Assembly (NCBI GenBank): GCA_020137815.1
Contig: CM035358.1
Location: 2,666,001-2,730,000, forward strand
Source of the DNA: Hormiphora californensis
Taxonomy: Eukaryota > Animalia > Ctenophora
DNA length: 64,000 nt
Direction of reading: 5' to 3'
In this document: positions 41,529 through 53,400 of the stretch, one piece after another
Layout: every line of letters begins with the position of its first letter
Position numbering within the stretch: position 1 is the first letter of the stretch
Made by a program: the position numbers and the translations under genes
Notes under the pieces: generated by a model
Seen by the model: only the letters and a program-made list of their open reading frames with translations
Databases searched by the model: none
Told to the model about the DNA's origin: nothing

Positions 41529-42318
41529 CTAGTTTTTTGATAACTCCGATTGCAGTTGGAGGCGGACCGGGCACAATCTAGCTCCACTGTGGTGACTGTT
41601 AGCTTGAAGTTTAAACTCATCAGAGACACTGCAGTTAGTACAGAATCGAGTTTCTCTCTTGGTGCATTCCTTAACATCGTGGTTCTCTCCACATAGTTTG
41701 CATACGAGTACTGAACTGGTACACTCAAAGGTTTTGTGGTCATATCTGTGGCACTTTATGCACTGGTGTATGTGAAACCGTTCCACAACACTTACCCTAG
41801 ATGAAGCGTAGTATAGTTTGCCGATTTCAAGGAGACGCTTCTGTGCAGGAATGGGTAGACGTAGGCCAACAGTACATTTCTCTTTGTTGTTGTAGTGACT
41901 TTTGATGTAGACGACTGTTACCTCCTGGGTTTTTAACCAGGGATTTTTCTGCTGGAGCATGGTTAGCACTCTTTCCTTAGCTTGCTCATTCGTCAAGGAT
42001 CCGATATTTTCAGGAACGTTCAGGACTGATACTTTGGCGGTATCCGACAGGATGGTTGCGCTCGTATCAGCAGGGATCACTCCAGTGACAAGGTGTTTTA
42101 CAGCCTCGATATCAGTGGACTCAGGAAAACCGATTCGTATATCTGAGCCACGTTTAGTATCTAGGAACAGCATGGGAATCTCGCTAAGACAGTTGTTGAG
42201 GGATGTAGCGATTGTCTCAGGATTGTTAGGGCCACACGAGATTCTCAGTTTGTGCGCTTTCTCTGGGAGTTTTGTTTGTTCGAGGTTCGAGTCACGGCCT
42301 GTGGGGGAGGTATGTTGG
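41529..42318 (-). CDS. LINE ORF1, gag-like with three zinc knuckles (5'-truncated)
   Basis: CIKCHRYDHKTFEC, CKLCGENHDVKEC, CTNC-x11-H-x6-C. The frame stays open upstream of 42173 to the insertion junction. Confidence 0.88.
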
Positions 42319-42663
42319 ATGATTTTGCGTCATTGAGCCGGCTTACGTGGCGCATTGACGCAAAATCAAAATTTTCGAAAACATATTTTTTTAAAAACAT
42401 GTTTTTTGAAACACGTTTTTTACTTTTTTTTACGTTTTTTTACTTTTTTGATTTTGCGTCAATGCGCCACCAATTTAATATTTTAAAAAAAGGACACTTA
42501 CAAAATCCTCATATTTAAAATTATTCAGAATTTATTACGCGCGCCGCAGATTTAATGGTACGCGCAAATATGCCCGCCGCGCCGCGCAATTGTTAATGTC
42601 TAAATTTGAAATTTGAAATTTTAATTTTTCAGCCAGCTCACATTTTTAAAACCCGAACTCATT

Positions 42664-43411
42664 GAGGCCTCTCGGAAATGTTTTGAAAAGCGCTGCCTTA
42701 TCCCGCGCTGCGCGTGGCGCAGAACAGCCAGCAACGTTTGCCAAGGAAATGTTCAAGTCATGCACAATCAAGTCACGCCCACCAATCACAGCGCAGAACG
42801 AGCGAAGCACTCCGCGCGTTCTGAGCTGTGATAGGGATCCCTAAAAAAGTTCAGTATTTACACAGAGTTTACACAGTCTTTATAGTCTGATTTTAAATAA
42901 CTGTCGTTTTTACCGCACTCGATTTTGCTCTATTATGACAATATCTCCAGTTCCTGATAAGATAGAGACTTGAAATTTGGAGGTTAGGAAGAACTTAGCA
43001 TGTTCTTCGCAACCCCCAAGTTTCAAGTCTTTATCTCATCAGGAACCGGAGTTATTGTAATAATAGAGCAAAATCGAGTGCGGTAAAAACGACAGTTGTT
43101 TAAAATCAGACTTTACTCAGTCGTTACACCCAGAGCGGCGCGTGCTGCGCACAGTGGCTTTTTCCAAGAAAATATTGGATTGTGTGCTGCACAATTGACA
43201 AAATTGAGCGCTGCGGCGAGAAAAGTTTCCGAAAACGCTGCAAATCGAGTGCGAAAGACGCAGTCGTTACACCCAGAGCGGCGCGGGCGCTCTGGGTGTA
43301 ACGACTGAGTAAAGACTGTGTAAACTCTGTGTAAATACTGAACTTTTTTAGGGATCCCTATTGGTGGGCGTGACTTGATTGTGCATGACTTGAACATTTC
43401 CGAGGGGCCTC
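42664..43411. mobile_element. Foldback DNA element
   Basis: GAGGCC(T/C)CTCGGAAATGTT termini and extensive internal mirror symmetry (42745-42785/43360-43401; 42885-42975/43020-43112). No clear TSD. Confidence 0.75.
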
Positions 43412-43922
43412 ATGCTCCCGCTCCCACTCGGCTTCTGTGAAGTTTCCCAATGGCATAACTCCTCTGATGATCTTTGGAGGTTAGAAAGAACATGCCATGA
43501 TCTTCCTCAACTCAGGGGATTGAGGTATGATAGTGGGAAATTTCACGAAACCCGAGTGGTGCTGGGTGCAATGTGCATGGGCCCCATGTCATGGGGGCTT
43601 TTTAATGTGGGTAACCACTAACCCCGCTGTTGTAAGTTGTAAGTTGTAACTGAGCATCTGTCGTGCCAGTGGTTCACAGTTCACACAAATGATTAAAAAA
43701 GTTTGGCCACTTCTCTTGTTCAATGAATGATGTGCTGTCATTTTACCGGCCCGTTTAACAGCCAGGGCATTTGCGTGTGCTGTGACAGGGATATTTGAAC
43801 AGCTATCAGATGCCATACTGATTCAATCAGGTTGAGTTGTTTTGGCCCTTGATTGTTTTAGGTTTTAGGTTTTCTTTAACCACGGAGTGCCCTTCTTTAG
43901 ATATGGAAAGATAGTAGTGGTC

Positions 43923-45934
43923 ATGATCTGCATCATACTCGCTGTGCTAGGGCACGCTCTCGCCTTCAACTACGATCTAGATGGAGCGAGTATTTTCCAC
44001 AACGATAACGGATACTTTGGTTACTCCGTTTTCCTTCACACGACTGATTCAGAAAATCTGATTTTGGTTGGATCCCCTGATACCCAAACAGAAGAGTACT
44101 ACGTTAAAAACGGTGGCACCGTCTTCAAATGTCCTATCCCTGAGAAGACGACTGTACAAACGGGTATTATATCCTGTGAAACAGCTGTTGACGCAATTGA
44201 TACTTTTGGAAACATCTACCAAATCCGTAAAAAAGATGAAATTATTAAAGTGTACGGCCCCGAAAATGTGGAAGGGTACTGGAAAAGAATGGCGAAAAGA
44301 GGAATGTACGTATATATATCCAGTAGGAAATAAAACTAAATGTTTCTCGTTGCTAATTTACCGCTTCTATAACTAATTATCTGCTCCTTAATAATTCAAT
44401 TCCTCCTCACATAATTTATTCTATCAGAACGTGTAACGGAGAGGATAATGATGATGAGCGATGTATCCCAACGATATACGGGAACCGAACTAACGCATTT
44501 ATGGGTGTTAGCATCGCGGGTGATGGTGACAATGTGGTAGTGTGTGGGCATCGTTTTGTGAAAGTCGATGAACAGAAAAACAACCAATTCATCGGACAAT
44601 GTATCCAGGTAACGATTTGATTGAATACCATACCTCTTGATCTACCGAACCCTCATAGAGCGAAATAAAATGCAGTGTGAGCTACATACACAAAAAACTA
44701 ACAAATTATTAATTAACCCTCCAGATGGATTCCAATCTGAATGTAATGGCCGATGATCGTGACACTGCCTCTCTACGTCCCTGTGACGGATCTACTCATG
44801 GAACATCCCAAAACTGTCAAGTTGGAACCTCACTGTCCTACAGGGACGGACTTCTTGTTATGGGAGCCCCCGGAAAGGCAAACTATATCGGGGGAGCTTA
44901 CATGGCTCAGGACTATTCAATTATGAATCGGAATTTTAATCCAAATATTGAACTGGGCAAGGAAGGTGGTCAGGGTGATGGGTAAGTGTGTTTCATGATT
45001 ATTGAATAGATCGTACTTTTCATTGTAAATGTTTCCGTCATTTTTCAATCAATAATTTCTTTTTCTCAGCCGATACTTGGGCTACAGTAGTGCAATTTGT
45101 GCCCTGAGTGGTCGAGATAAGGACGATGGTTATCTAGAGATAGTACTAGGAGGACCCCGTGCTAAAATGTACCGCGGCGAGGTAAATTGGAAATTGTTAT
45201 CTAACAGAAATTAGTTGGCATTGTTCTCTCCCTCTTTCTACCGTTCTCTTCCCCTCTCTCTATTTCTTTCACTAACTCCGTCCCCGTCCCCCCAGATTAA
45301 GATTTTCTCAGCCGAGTCAACCATCGCGGGCGAGTTTATCTCGTTCAACAGCCAGGATGATCGAGTAAAATACGAGGCATCCGGAGAACAAATAGGCAGT
45401 TACTTTGGACATGCTCTCGCGTGTACTGATCTAAATGGTTCGTTGGTTAATTCCCTCACTTGTGTTTTGACCCATCATGGATCCAACCCCCTTCCCCCTC
45501 CCAACATTACTATCCACCCCTGGCCCCCTTCGCCGTTACTCAGGGGAATCATCTCACATGGGGTGATTATTGTATGTTCAACAGTAATTCCCCTGACCTG
45601 GCCTGACAGCTGACCTCCTCACCTCACCCCCTCCGTGTTACAGGTGACGGGTATGAGGACATTATTATTGGGGCACCGTGGTACACAGACATGGAGGATC
45701 CATCCATACCAGCTGATACAGGCCGGGTCTACGTTATCTACGGATCACGTAATTTGGAAAACAAGGATGCTCTCTCAAATCCGACCAAGATCACGGGAAC
45801 GGAACCTAACGCTGCTTTTGGGTTCTCTGTTGCACCAGCTGGTAAGGATGTTTTCACAGTTCTCTTTTCAACCAATATATATGTAGTTATCTCCACTCTC
45901 TCTCTCTCTCTCTCTCTCTCAATCTTTCTCCCTC

Positions 45935-45971
<37 letters not shown>

Positions 45972-48900
45972 ACAGGAGATACAAACGGGGACAACTACAA
46001 GGACGTCTTTGTCGGAGCTCCTTACTCCAACGACAACTCTGGTGCAGTTTACCTTTTCCTCGGCACCGCTGACGGTATCTCCACCACTCCATCCCAAACC
46101 ATCACCCCACTGGATTTCAAGTTCCAGCCTGGCATGAAGACGTTTGGGTGGAGTATTAGCGGTGATAAGGATATCGATGGAAATGGGTATCCAGATGTTG
46201 CGATCGGAGCGTATTCCTCTAATCATGTGACGTACATTTGGACTAAGAGTATCGTGGATATTGTGACCGAAATCAACTTTGATTATGATTCCTTCAACAG
46301 AACAGCGGATAGGAAATCAAATAATCTAACGGTGAGTCAATAATCAGGATTAAATGAAGGGGTCTGAAGGTTGTAAAGGGGAAATGGATTATTGGGAACA
46401 TGGCCAGGTAAGAAGTGGGTTCTAGGATCCTAAATTCCACCCCTCATTCAACCCCTCATTCTAGGTATGTATGAGATACAAGGCGCGTGATACAAAAGAG
46501 GTAATGCCAAATAAGATCCCAGTCAGCTTCTCAATTACCCTCGATGCGGACCATGCCATTCGATCTCGGTTGTCTTTCTTAAACGGAGCTCAGCAGAAAG
46601 TCTACAATGGCACATTGGATGTCAAACCTGCCAGTAATGAAGTGGTGAGTTATCAGTACAATTACTCGATTTGAATTGTACTAACAAGAATTATTGCATT
46701 ATGTATTCATAATGCGGTGTTTCCCTGCCCTCCGTCGACAGGATCAGTATCACACTATCAGTATCACAATATCAAGGCTTGGTCACAATGTGAGATGCAT
46801 GCGTCCTGTATGTATATGCAGTTACACAGCTGTTTTACTCTACCCTCACCACTTCAGCAACAGTGTTGTGAGCGCCGCGCACAGCTTTGAAAAATAAGCG
46901 TCCTGACATCATATTTCATCAAAACAGTTATTTGATTTTATGAAGGAGCAGTTACTATGCTGCTACCGTGACACACGCGATTTTGACCACGCTCGAGTTA
47001 CTATTTCAAATCCGAGATTTCTAAACCCTTTATGATCTTTTTAGCACACGTGCTAAAACGATCATCCGGGTGGATGCCCTTCGGGCATCCACCCGGGCAG
47101 GGAAAAAATGTCTATAAAAGCAAGCACGCTTTGTTTTTAGATTACTTTTGTTTAGAACATCAAACATATAGTTTAGTTTAACTAACCCCCCAACCCCGTT
47201 ACAGTTGTGTACGAGCGGTATTGGTTTTTGGTTTGACCAACAAACCAAGAACGTCCAGCCCATGAAAGTCACTGTTACTGCAGACATAAACCGAGAAAAA
47301 GGCCCCGGACTTACCTCATTTGTCCTCAACCAAGAAATGATCAAAGCGGCTGCTAAAGACATCAAAATCACATCATGGTGTAACCCAGACACGTACATCT
47401 GCAGAGTGGACATGGAGGTCGAGGGAGGTTCAGCCCAACCATTCATCCAGGAGAACGAGAGTGACAAATTCGGAGAACTGGTTTATGGATATCACAAGAA
47501 ATTCAAGATGGAGTTTACCGTGAGAAACCTTGCTACTGGGTTGTATACCTACGCCTACAATGTTACTGTCACTCTAACTCTACCTGAGGGGATCTCCTAC
47601 TTTGGAACTGCCAGTGGAAATGATGTCCTTTGCAGCCCGTTGTCAACAGACAAAGTGTTCTGTATTCTACCCCAGGAGGGCCCAATAAATCAACCGAAGA
47701 AGAAAGAGGACAAGTTTGTTGTGATTCTTGCTATGGATGAAAATGTTATTGATAGTGTGGTGACTCTGCCGATAAAGGCTGAGGTGAAGACAGGGTTGGA
47801 AAGTGAGGATAAGGATGAGAGTAACAATGATGTGACTGTTGATGTTCTGATCAAGCAGGCGATTGATGTCCAGATTGATGGAGGGGAGACGAGGAGGGTC
47901 GTGGAGTTTAATAATCAGTATACTGTTGTCAATGAGGTGGTCGGAACTAAGAATGCAACACTGAGGTGAGAACCTTTTTTTTGGAATTTTGGTTGTTTTC
48001 ACCGTTTCCTAAACCAATATTACCCTTCATGGGTATTGGGATAACGCGGGCTCGTTAATAATAAATCCTTTTTCCAGGCACGAGTACAAAGTAACAATGA
48101 GTGAAAATGCCCTAGAGGCCCGTGTCACCAACATCACTCTCTCGGTTTGGTGGCCAAACTCTGTACAAAAGCATCCGAATCTGTTCCTGGTCCCACTTGT
48201 CAATATCACCTCGAAGGCAGATGATATGGCTGGGGTTAGTTATTGTGTTTCCAACCACGTGACCTACACTACAACTCAACTACGACCACGAAAGTGGCCA
48301 TACTCTTCATTTTCAAAACCACTTCTCTCCCTAATAACCAGTAATCACTCCAAACTCCTCTCACACACCAACCCTCTCCTAGGTATACTGTACCCCAAAG
48401 CTACCCGAAATGTACAAAGGTATCAGTGCGAAACACCCATTCAAAATGACGGACGAAGTCACCCTTCCCATCATATCTAATACTAAACCCAACATTCCTG
48501 ATATTATGGATTGTTCGAATCCCGACCAGAGGAAGTTCTGTACCCGGATAACCTGTAATGTTGAGTGGATTATGCGGGGTGCTGTTTACAGTAATGGGTT
48601 TAAATTGACCCTCACGGGACGGGTAGGTACCGGGGGGCATGGTTGGTAACTTTGGTTTTAGTTCATTGTGAGCTGTTTGAATGGTGTACAGACTTTTGCA
48701 GTTCAAGAAAACAGACAAAACTGTTTCTGACCCTGATTTCAAACTATTTCTTTCAGGTGTTTGAAGCGAATCTGTACGGCAGTGACGGGCTAAATGTCAC
48801 ATCGTACGCCCAAATAGAGAGGGATGTTGCTGACTCAGTGCTACCTAAGTCAACTACTGCCACCGCTACAACTGTTCTTAAACCCTCCTTGGTAAGTAAT

Positions 48901-49245
48901 GCCGGCCTACCAGATGTAACCATGGTAACCCTTACCAGGTAAACCCTCCCCTTACTATACCCCTCCATTCTCAACGTAGTGTCCATAACCTCACCATTCC
49001 TCGCTCCCCCCATAGCGTCTAGTATAACCCTACCTACCCTCACCAATCCCCTCTCCCCTTAGCGAGATAGTCGGGACTACAAATGGTATATCATCATCGC
49101 CATCATCCTTGGTCTCCTTCTCCTCCTCCTCCTAATTCTGTGTCTGTGGAAGTGTGGTTTCTTCAAAAGGAAACAGCCACCTGCTATCAAGGCTGATCGG
49201 GTAGAGGAGGATAACTGGCAAACATATGAGCAGTCTAACATTTAA
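43923..49245 (+). CDS. Integrin alpha subunit (no I-domain), paralog 1
   Basis: Signal peptide then FNYD; FG-GAP repeats (YFGYSV..LVGSP, YFGHALACTDLNGDGYEDIIIGAP, DIDGNGYPDVAIGA); thigh/calf domains; TM helix and WKCGFFKR tail; stop at 49243-49245. Confidence 0.92.
46683..47108 (-). mobile_element. HINE-family element in integrin intron
   Basis: Reverse-oriented copy with the same 5' hairpins, subterminal IR and 3' hairpin. Confidence 0.7.
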
Positions 49246-50487
49246 ACTATGTGTTACCATGGTAACCAAGGTGTGTTACCATGGTTACCAGGGTTCAACT
49301 GTGTGTTACTAGGGTTATTATGTGTCTGTGTGTGAGAATTGGTTGTTAGGTTTAAAATCACGTGACTTAAAACACTATCACGTGACCAACACGTGGTTTG
49401 TCACTAGCTGTAATTAAGATCACGCAAGCTAGTAATTTATGCACCGTAGTGTAATTGGTTAATCACTTTTCTGCGTGGCTCGTATCTGTCTGTGTGTGTG
49501 TTATTTTCTTTTAGTATTTTCTTCTCAGCATTTTGATATATAATTATATTTTAAGTTTAAGTTTTTACCGCCGAATATAACACCTTTATGGTTTAAGTGC
49601 TGCATGTGTGACGTGTATCTGTTTGTGTACAAATTTCTTTACGAAAATCTCCCTTTCTTTCTCCCTCGCTCTCTCTTTTTCCGTCCAGGTAGGAGAGCTG
49701 AGAGGAGAGAAAAGAGAGAAGTTGCCGTGATTAAAACAATTATAAAGGCATTACCAGAGCAATCTCCCCCAGTTTTCATTTCCGAGTGTGTACTCATACT
49801 CTCTTGTCACGATGGTGTGAGAAAAGAGAGAGCCATGGGATAGAGAAGAGAGAGCAAGTCTCATTCTCATCTGTCAGTGCGAAATGAGTCGAGCTCCCCC
49901 TCTCTTTCAATGTCTCTCGTCTTAGCGTCATATATTCCGTTAAATTCTTTTAGCATTTTTTGTAAACACTTTTATACACTTTCCCCTTCTCCCTTCTTCA
50001 CCGCGAATATTTGTTATGCTTTATTTATTTTTGAACGATTATCCAAAGACTATTTTAGATCATCATCCCTACCCTGTAGTATTTAGATTTAAGAATGATT
50101 TAACAGTCACGGTAGTTGAACGTTTAAAATAAACTTTATATTTTTTGATTGGACCTACAACAAGGCGTCTATTCTTCTGTTTGTTATTGTATGTGTGTCT
50201 GTGTAAAGTACTGTGTATACTATTTTACCAACTCGATCTGTCTCCGAATCCCTCCCATTTCTTAATACCCGCTTATACCACTTTTAAAAAACACCGCGTT
50301 TTATTAAATCCATTTCCGCAATATTATATGTTTGTCCTGCCTTACTCAAAGTAGTTCCATCCATACGGAAAAATCAGTCTCTAAATTAATGCCAAACAGG
50401 GAAGCCCCATTAACACACGCCACTTCCCCGTTATCTAGATCTATGACGTAATACACACGGTGACGTAACTCTCTTTCTCTCTGAAGT

Positions 50488-53400
50488 ATGTCACTTCTCC
50501 TTCTTTGCTCTTCTCTTCTCCTCTCCCTCGTATCTACATATAACATTGATGTCGACTCGCCTTATGTCATCAAAGTAAGTGCTGCGGGAGTGCTGCAGCT
50601 AAAACGAATTTGTTTAAATGTGAAAATAGGAATTTTCAAAGAAAAGATTAAGATCTGCCGTTCCAGTTTTAAGAACTAACTGAGCTACATTTTCAAGGCT
50701 CAGGATTCACAAAAGGACTCGTATTTTGGGTTTTCAACGGCGCTTCATAGATGGGACAGTACTAACAAACGATACATTTTAGTGGGTGCACCTAAATCTA
50801 ACTGGACATCAGGTAAATCGAAATCTCACTTTAGTTCTTTTATCAACCATTATTTTATCAACCATTATCATCATTTTTCTCCACACTCCTTCCTTATGAA
50901 CATTTACTTTAGATCTGTCATCTGTTTGTAAACAAAATCCTAGCTATCATAAAGATACACAATCCTAGCTATCGTTTTCTAATATTCCCTTGTTCCCCAT
51001 CACGTGTGTCACTGTGTCTGTCACCACCCTCATCCTACACTCTGTGTGTGTAACACATGGCTTCTCTCTATTCTAGTACACTCACAGACCTAGCAATCCA
51101 CAGCTGCAACAGATAGGAGAAATCTTAAATCCCAGAGACAACAATTCACAAATGTTAGAGACCCCAAATGTTAGAGACCCCAGTCGCTAACCCAACAATT
51201 GATTACTCCATGCCAGGTCTAGGAAATTTCTGATTCAAATTAATTACAACACATTCTAATCCCAGGTCTAGGTGACAGTATATCCATCTAATTCAAATTA
51301 ATTACAACACACTCCAATCCCAGGTCTAGGTGACAGTATATCATCACCTGGTGCTGTCTATGGATGTGAGTTAGCAGCTGACGTAGGGGATCCAACATCC
51401 GAACAGACATGTAACAGCCAGGTTAGTAGATCTTGGTAGACCCCTGGGCCCTGTTACAGCCTTTTTCCTGAAACTCGCTCTACTTCCCACTTCCCTGTCC
51501 TTTTCTCCCTTACTCTCTCCTCTCTCCTCCACTAGTTAACCCCCTCTCTCCTCCACTAGTTAACCCCCTCACTCCTCCACTAGTTAACCCACTCTCTCCT
51601 CCACTAGTTAACCCTTTCTTTATCCTCCACTAGTTAACCTACCTAACGGACAACAACGCTGCAAACAGTGTCGATGAAGACAAGGCTGGCCAATGGTTGG
51701 GAGTTAATGTTCAATCAACTGATGATTTCGTGTCCGCGTGTGCTCACAAGTAAATAAACTGCTCTTTCTTTCTCTCTCTCTCCCCCCTCTCTCTCACATC
51801 TGACTGACTATTTTTTCTAAATTATAATTTATCAAACTAATTTTGTGTTTGTTGCCCAGATATACAATGCTCGGTGGAGAGACGGGAGATGGGAACAAGG
51901 TCAAAAAGAGAGTTCCCATTGGAAAATGTACCATAATTGGTGGGTCACTGACAGGCGCTGACTCTGTGGCAAAGAAGGTCCTATACCCCTGTAAAACTGA
52001 TAGTATCAATCTGGACAGTAACTCATGTCAGGTTAGAGATCTGGGTATATTGGAACTGTTTGTTTGACATAATTTTGACATAATTTTCATTGTTACGAAA
52101 TACCCCGAATGCCCAGACAATGGGAAGTACAAATGGATGGCGCCCCAAAGTCGCATCTCCTGCTTGAGTAACAGTGTTACATTTTTCACTTCTCGAAAAT
52201 GCAGTTTACACGTTTCTACTGACTGAAAGATATGGAAACAACTAGTGACTGTGATACAAAACTGAGAACATGGAAATACCTTGTTATGCTCAGACCTTTG
52301 TGCTGTGTCCGAATATAGTTGGATAAAATTATTTTTCCCAGGTCGGTAGTAGTCAGACACAGACAACAGTACAGGGATCAGACTACCTGTTTTACGGGGC
52401 ACCCGGTGCGGATATTTGGGAGGGAAGGGCTTTCCTTGCTGTCAATCTGGAGGACGTCCAGGTACGTACGGGACGATTTGCCTTGTCCCCGAGGGTTATT
52501 TAACATAACAACGGAAAGATATAATGGAGGAGGATAAGTATTTGGGGGTGAGGGAACAGGATGGAGGTATTATACTGGACACAAATTAAATTTTAGATTT
52601 AGTAAGTCTGATTTTTGCGTTTTTACAGGGTTCCAAAAGGATAGATAAGATAGACGCTAGTAGCAATGATTTCAACCAATATAATGGGTACTCAACTGCC
52701 ATTTGCTCAATGAGCGGCAAGAACAAGCCCATCGACTTCATCACAGGTACAATTAATATGCAATTATAATTTTAATGCCAGGGCTGCAGCTGGCAGTGGC
52801 ACTCTCTCTAGTTCAGTCCTAGACCACTGAACAACTAGTCCTAGATGTCTAAACACGAGAAGTAAAGCTGTTCTCTTTATTAACCATCCACTTCACTGTC
52901 AGGTGCACCCCGATCCACTAACTACAAGGGACGGTTGTACTTCTTTAATAGTGATAATGAGGATACAAACGAACAGTTCTTGATGGAAAACAGTCGCCTC
53001 ACCGAGGATATCGAAGGTATTATCTCACTGTTGTAGTTTCGTTATTGACCCATCTACCATGAGGTCAGATCCGCACACATATGTTCCCATATTCCAGTAT
53101 ACTCGGTATACGTGGACCCCAGTGCCCACTTCCCTCCTTCCCACTAACTTCACCCCCCCCCCCTCCTCTCCAGGTGAGCAGATGGGAGCCTATTTTGGGT
53201 ACACTCTGGCGTGTGCAGATCTGAATGACGATGGATATGATGACTTGTTAGTTGGGGCACCCTGGTACTCAGAGATGACATCCAGTCAATCATCCATTAT
53301 CAGGTACTGGGTCTGAATGTTTTGAAAACTCAGTACATACAGTAGTTTCGTAGAAAATTGGACACAATAGAACAAATTAGGACACAAGTTCCAGTAGCAC

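Larger units (their letters stand above)
37252..42318 (-). mobile_element. Near-full-length L2/CR1-group LINE (family 2), 5'-truncated within ORF1
   Basis: ORF1 with three CCHC knuckles, intact APE+RT ORF2, ~1.3-kb 3' UTR, terminal stem-loop GAGTCA..TGACTC and (CATTTT)n tail. Confidence 0.9.
36774..42470. mobile_element. Foldback DNA element (GCGCATTGACGCAAAATC repeats) split by nested insertions
   Basis: Left arm 36774-37250 mirrors right arm 42319-42470. It hosts a MITE (36810-36981) and a LINE (37252-42318). Confidence 0.7.
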
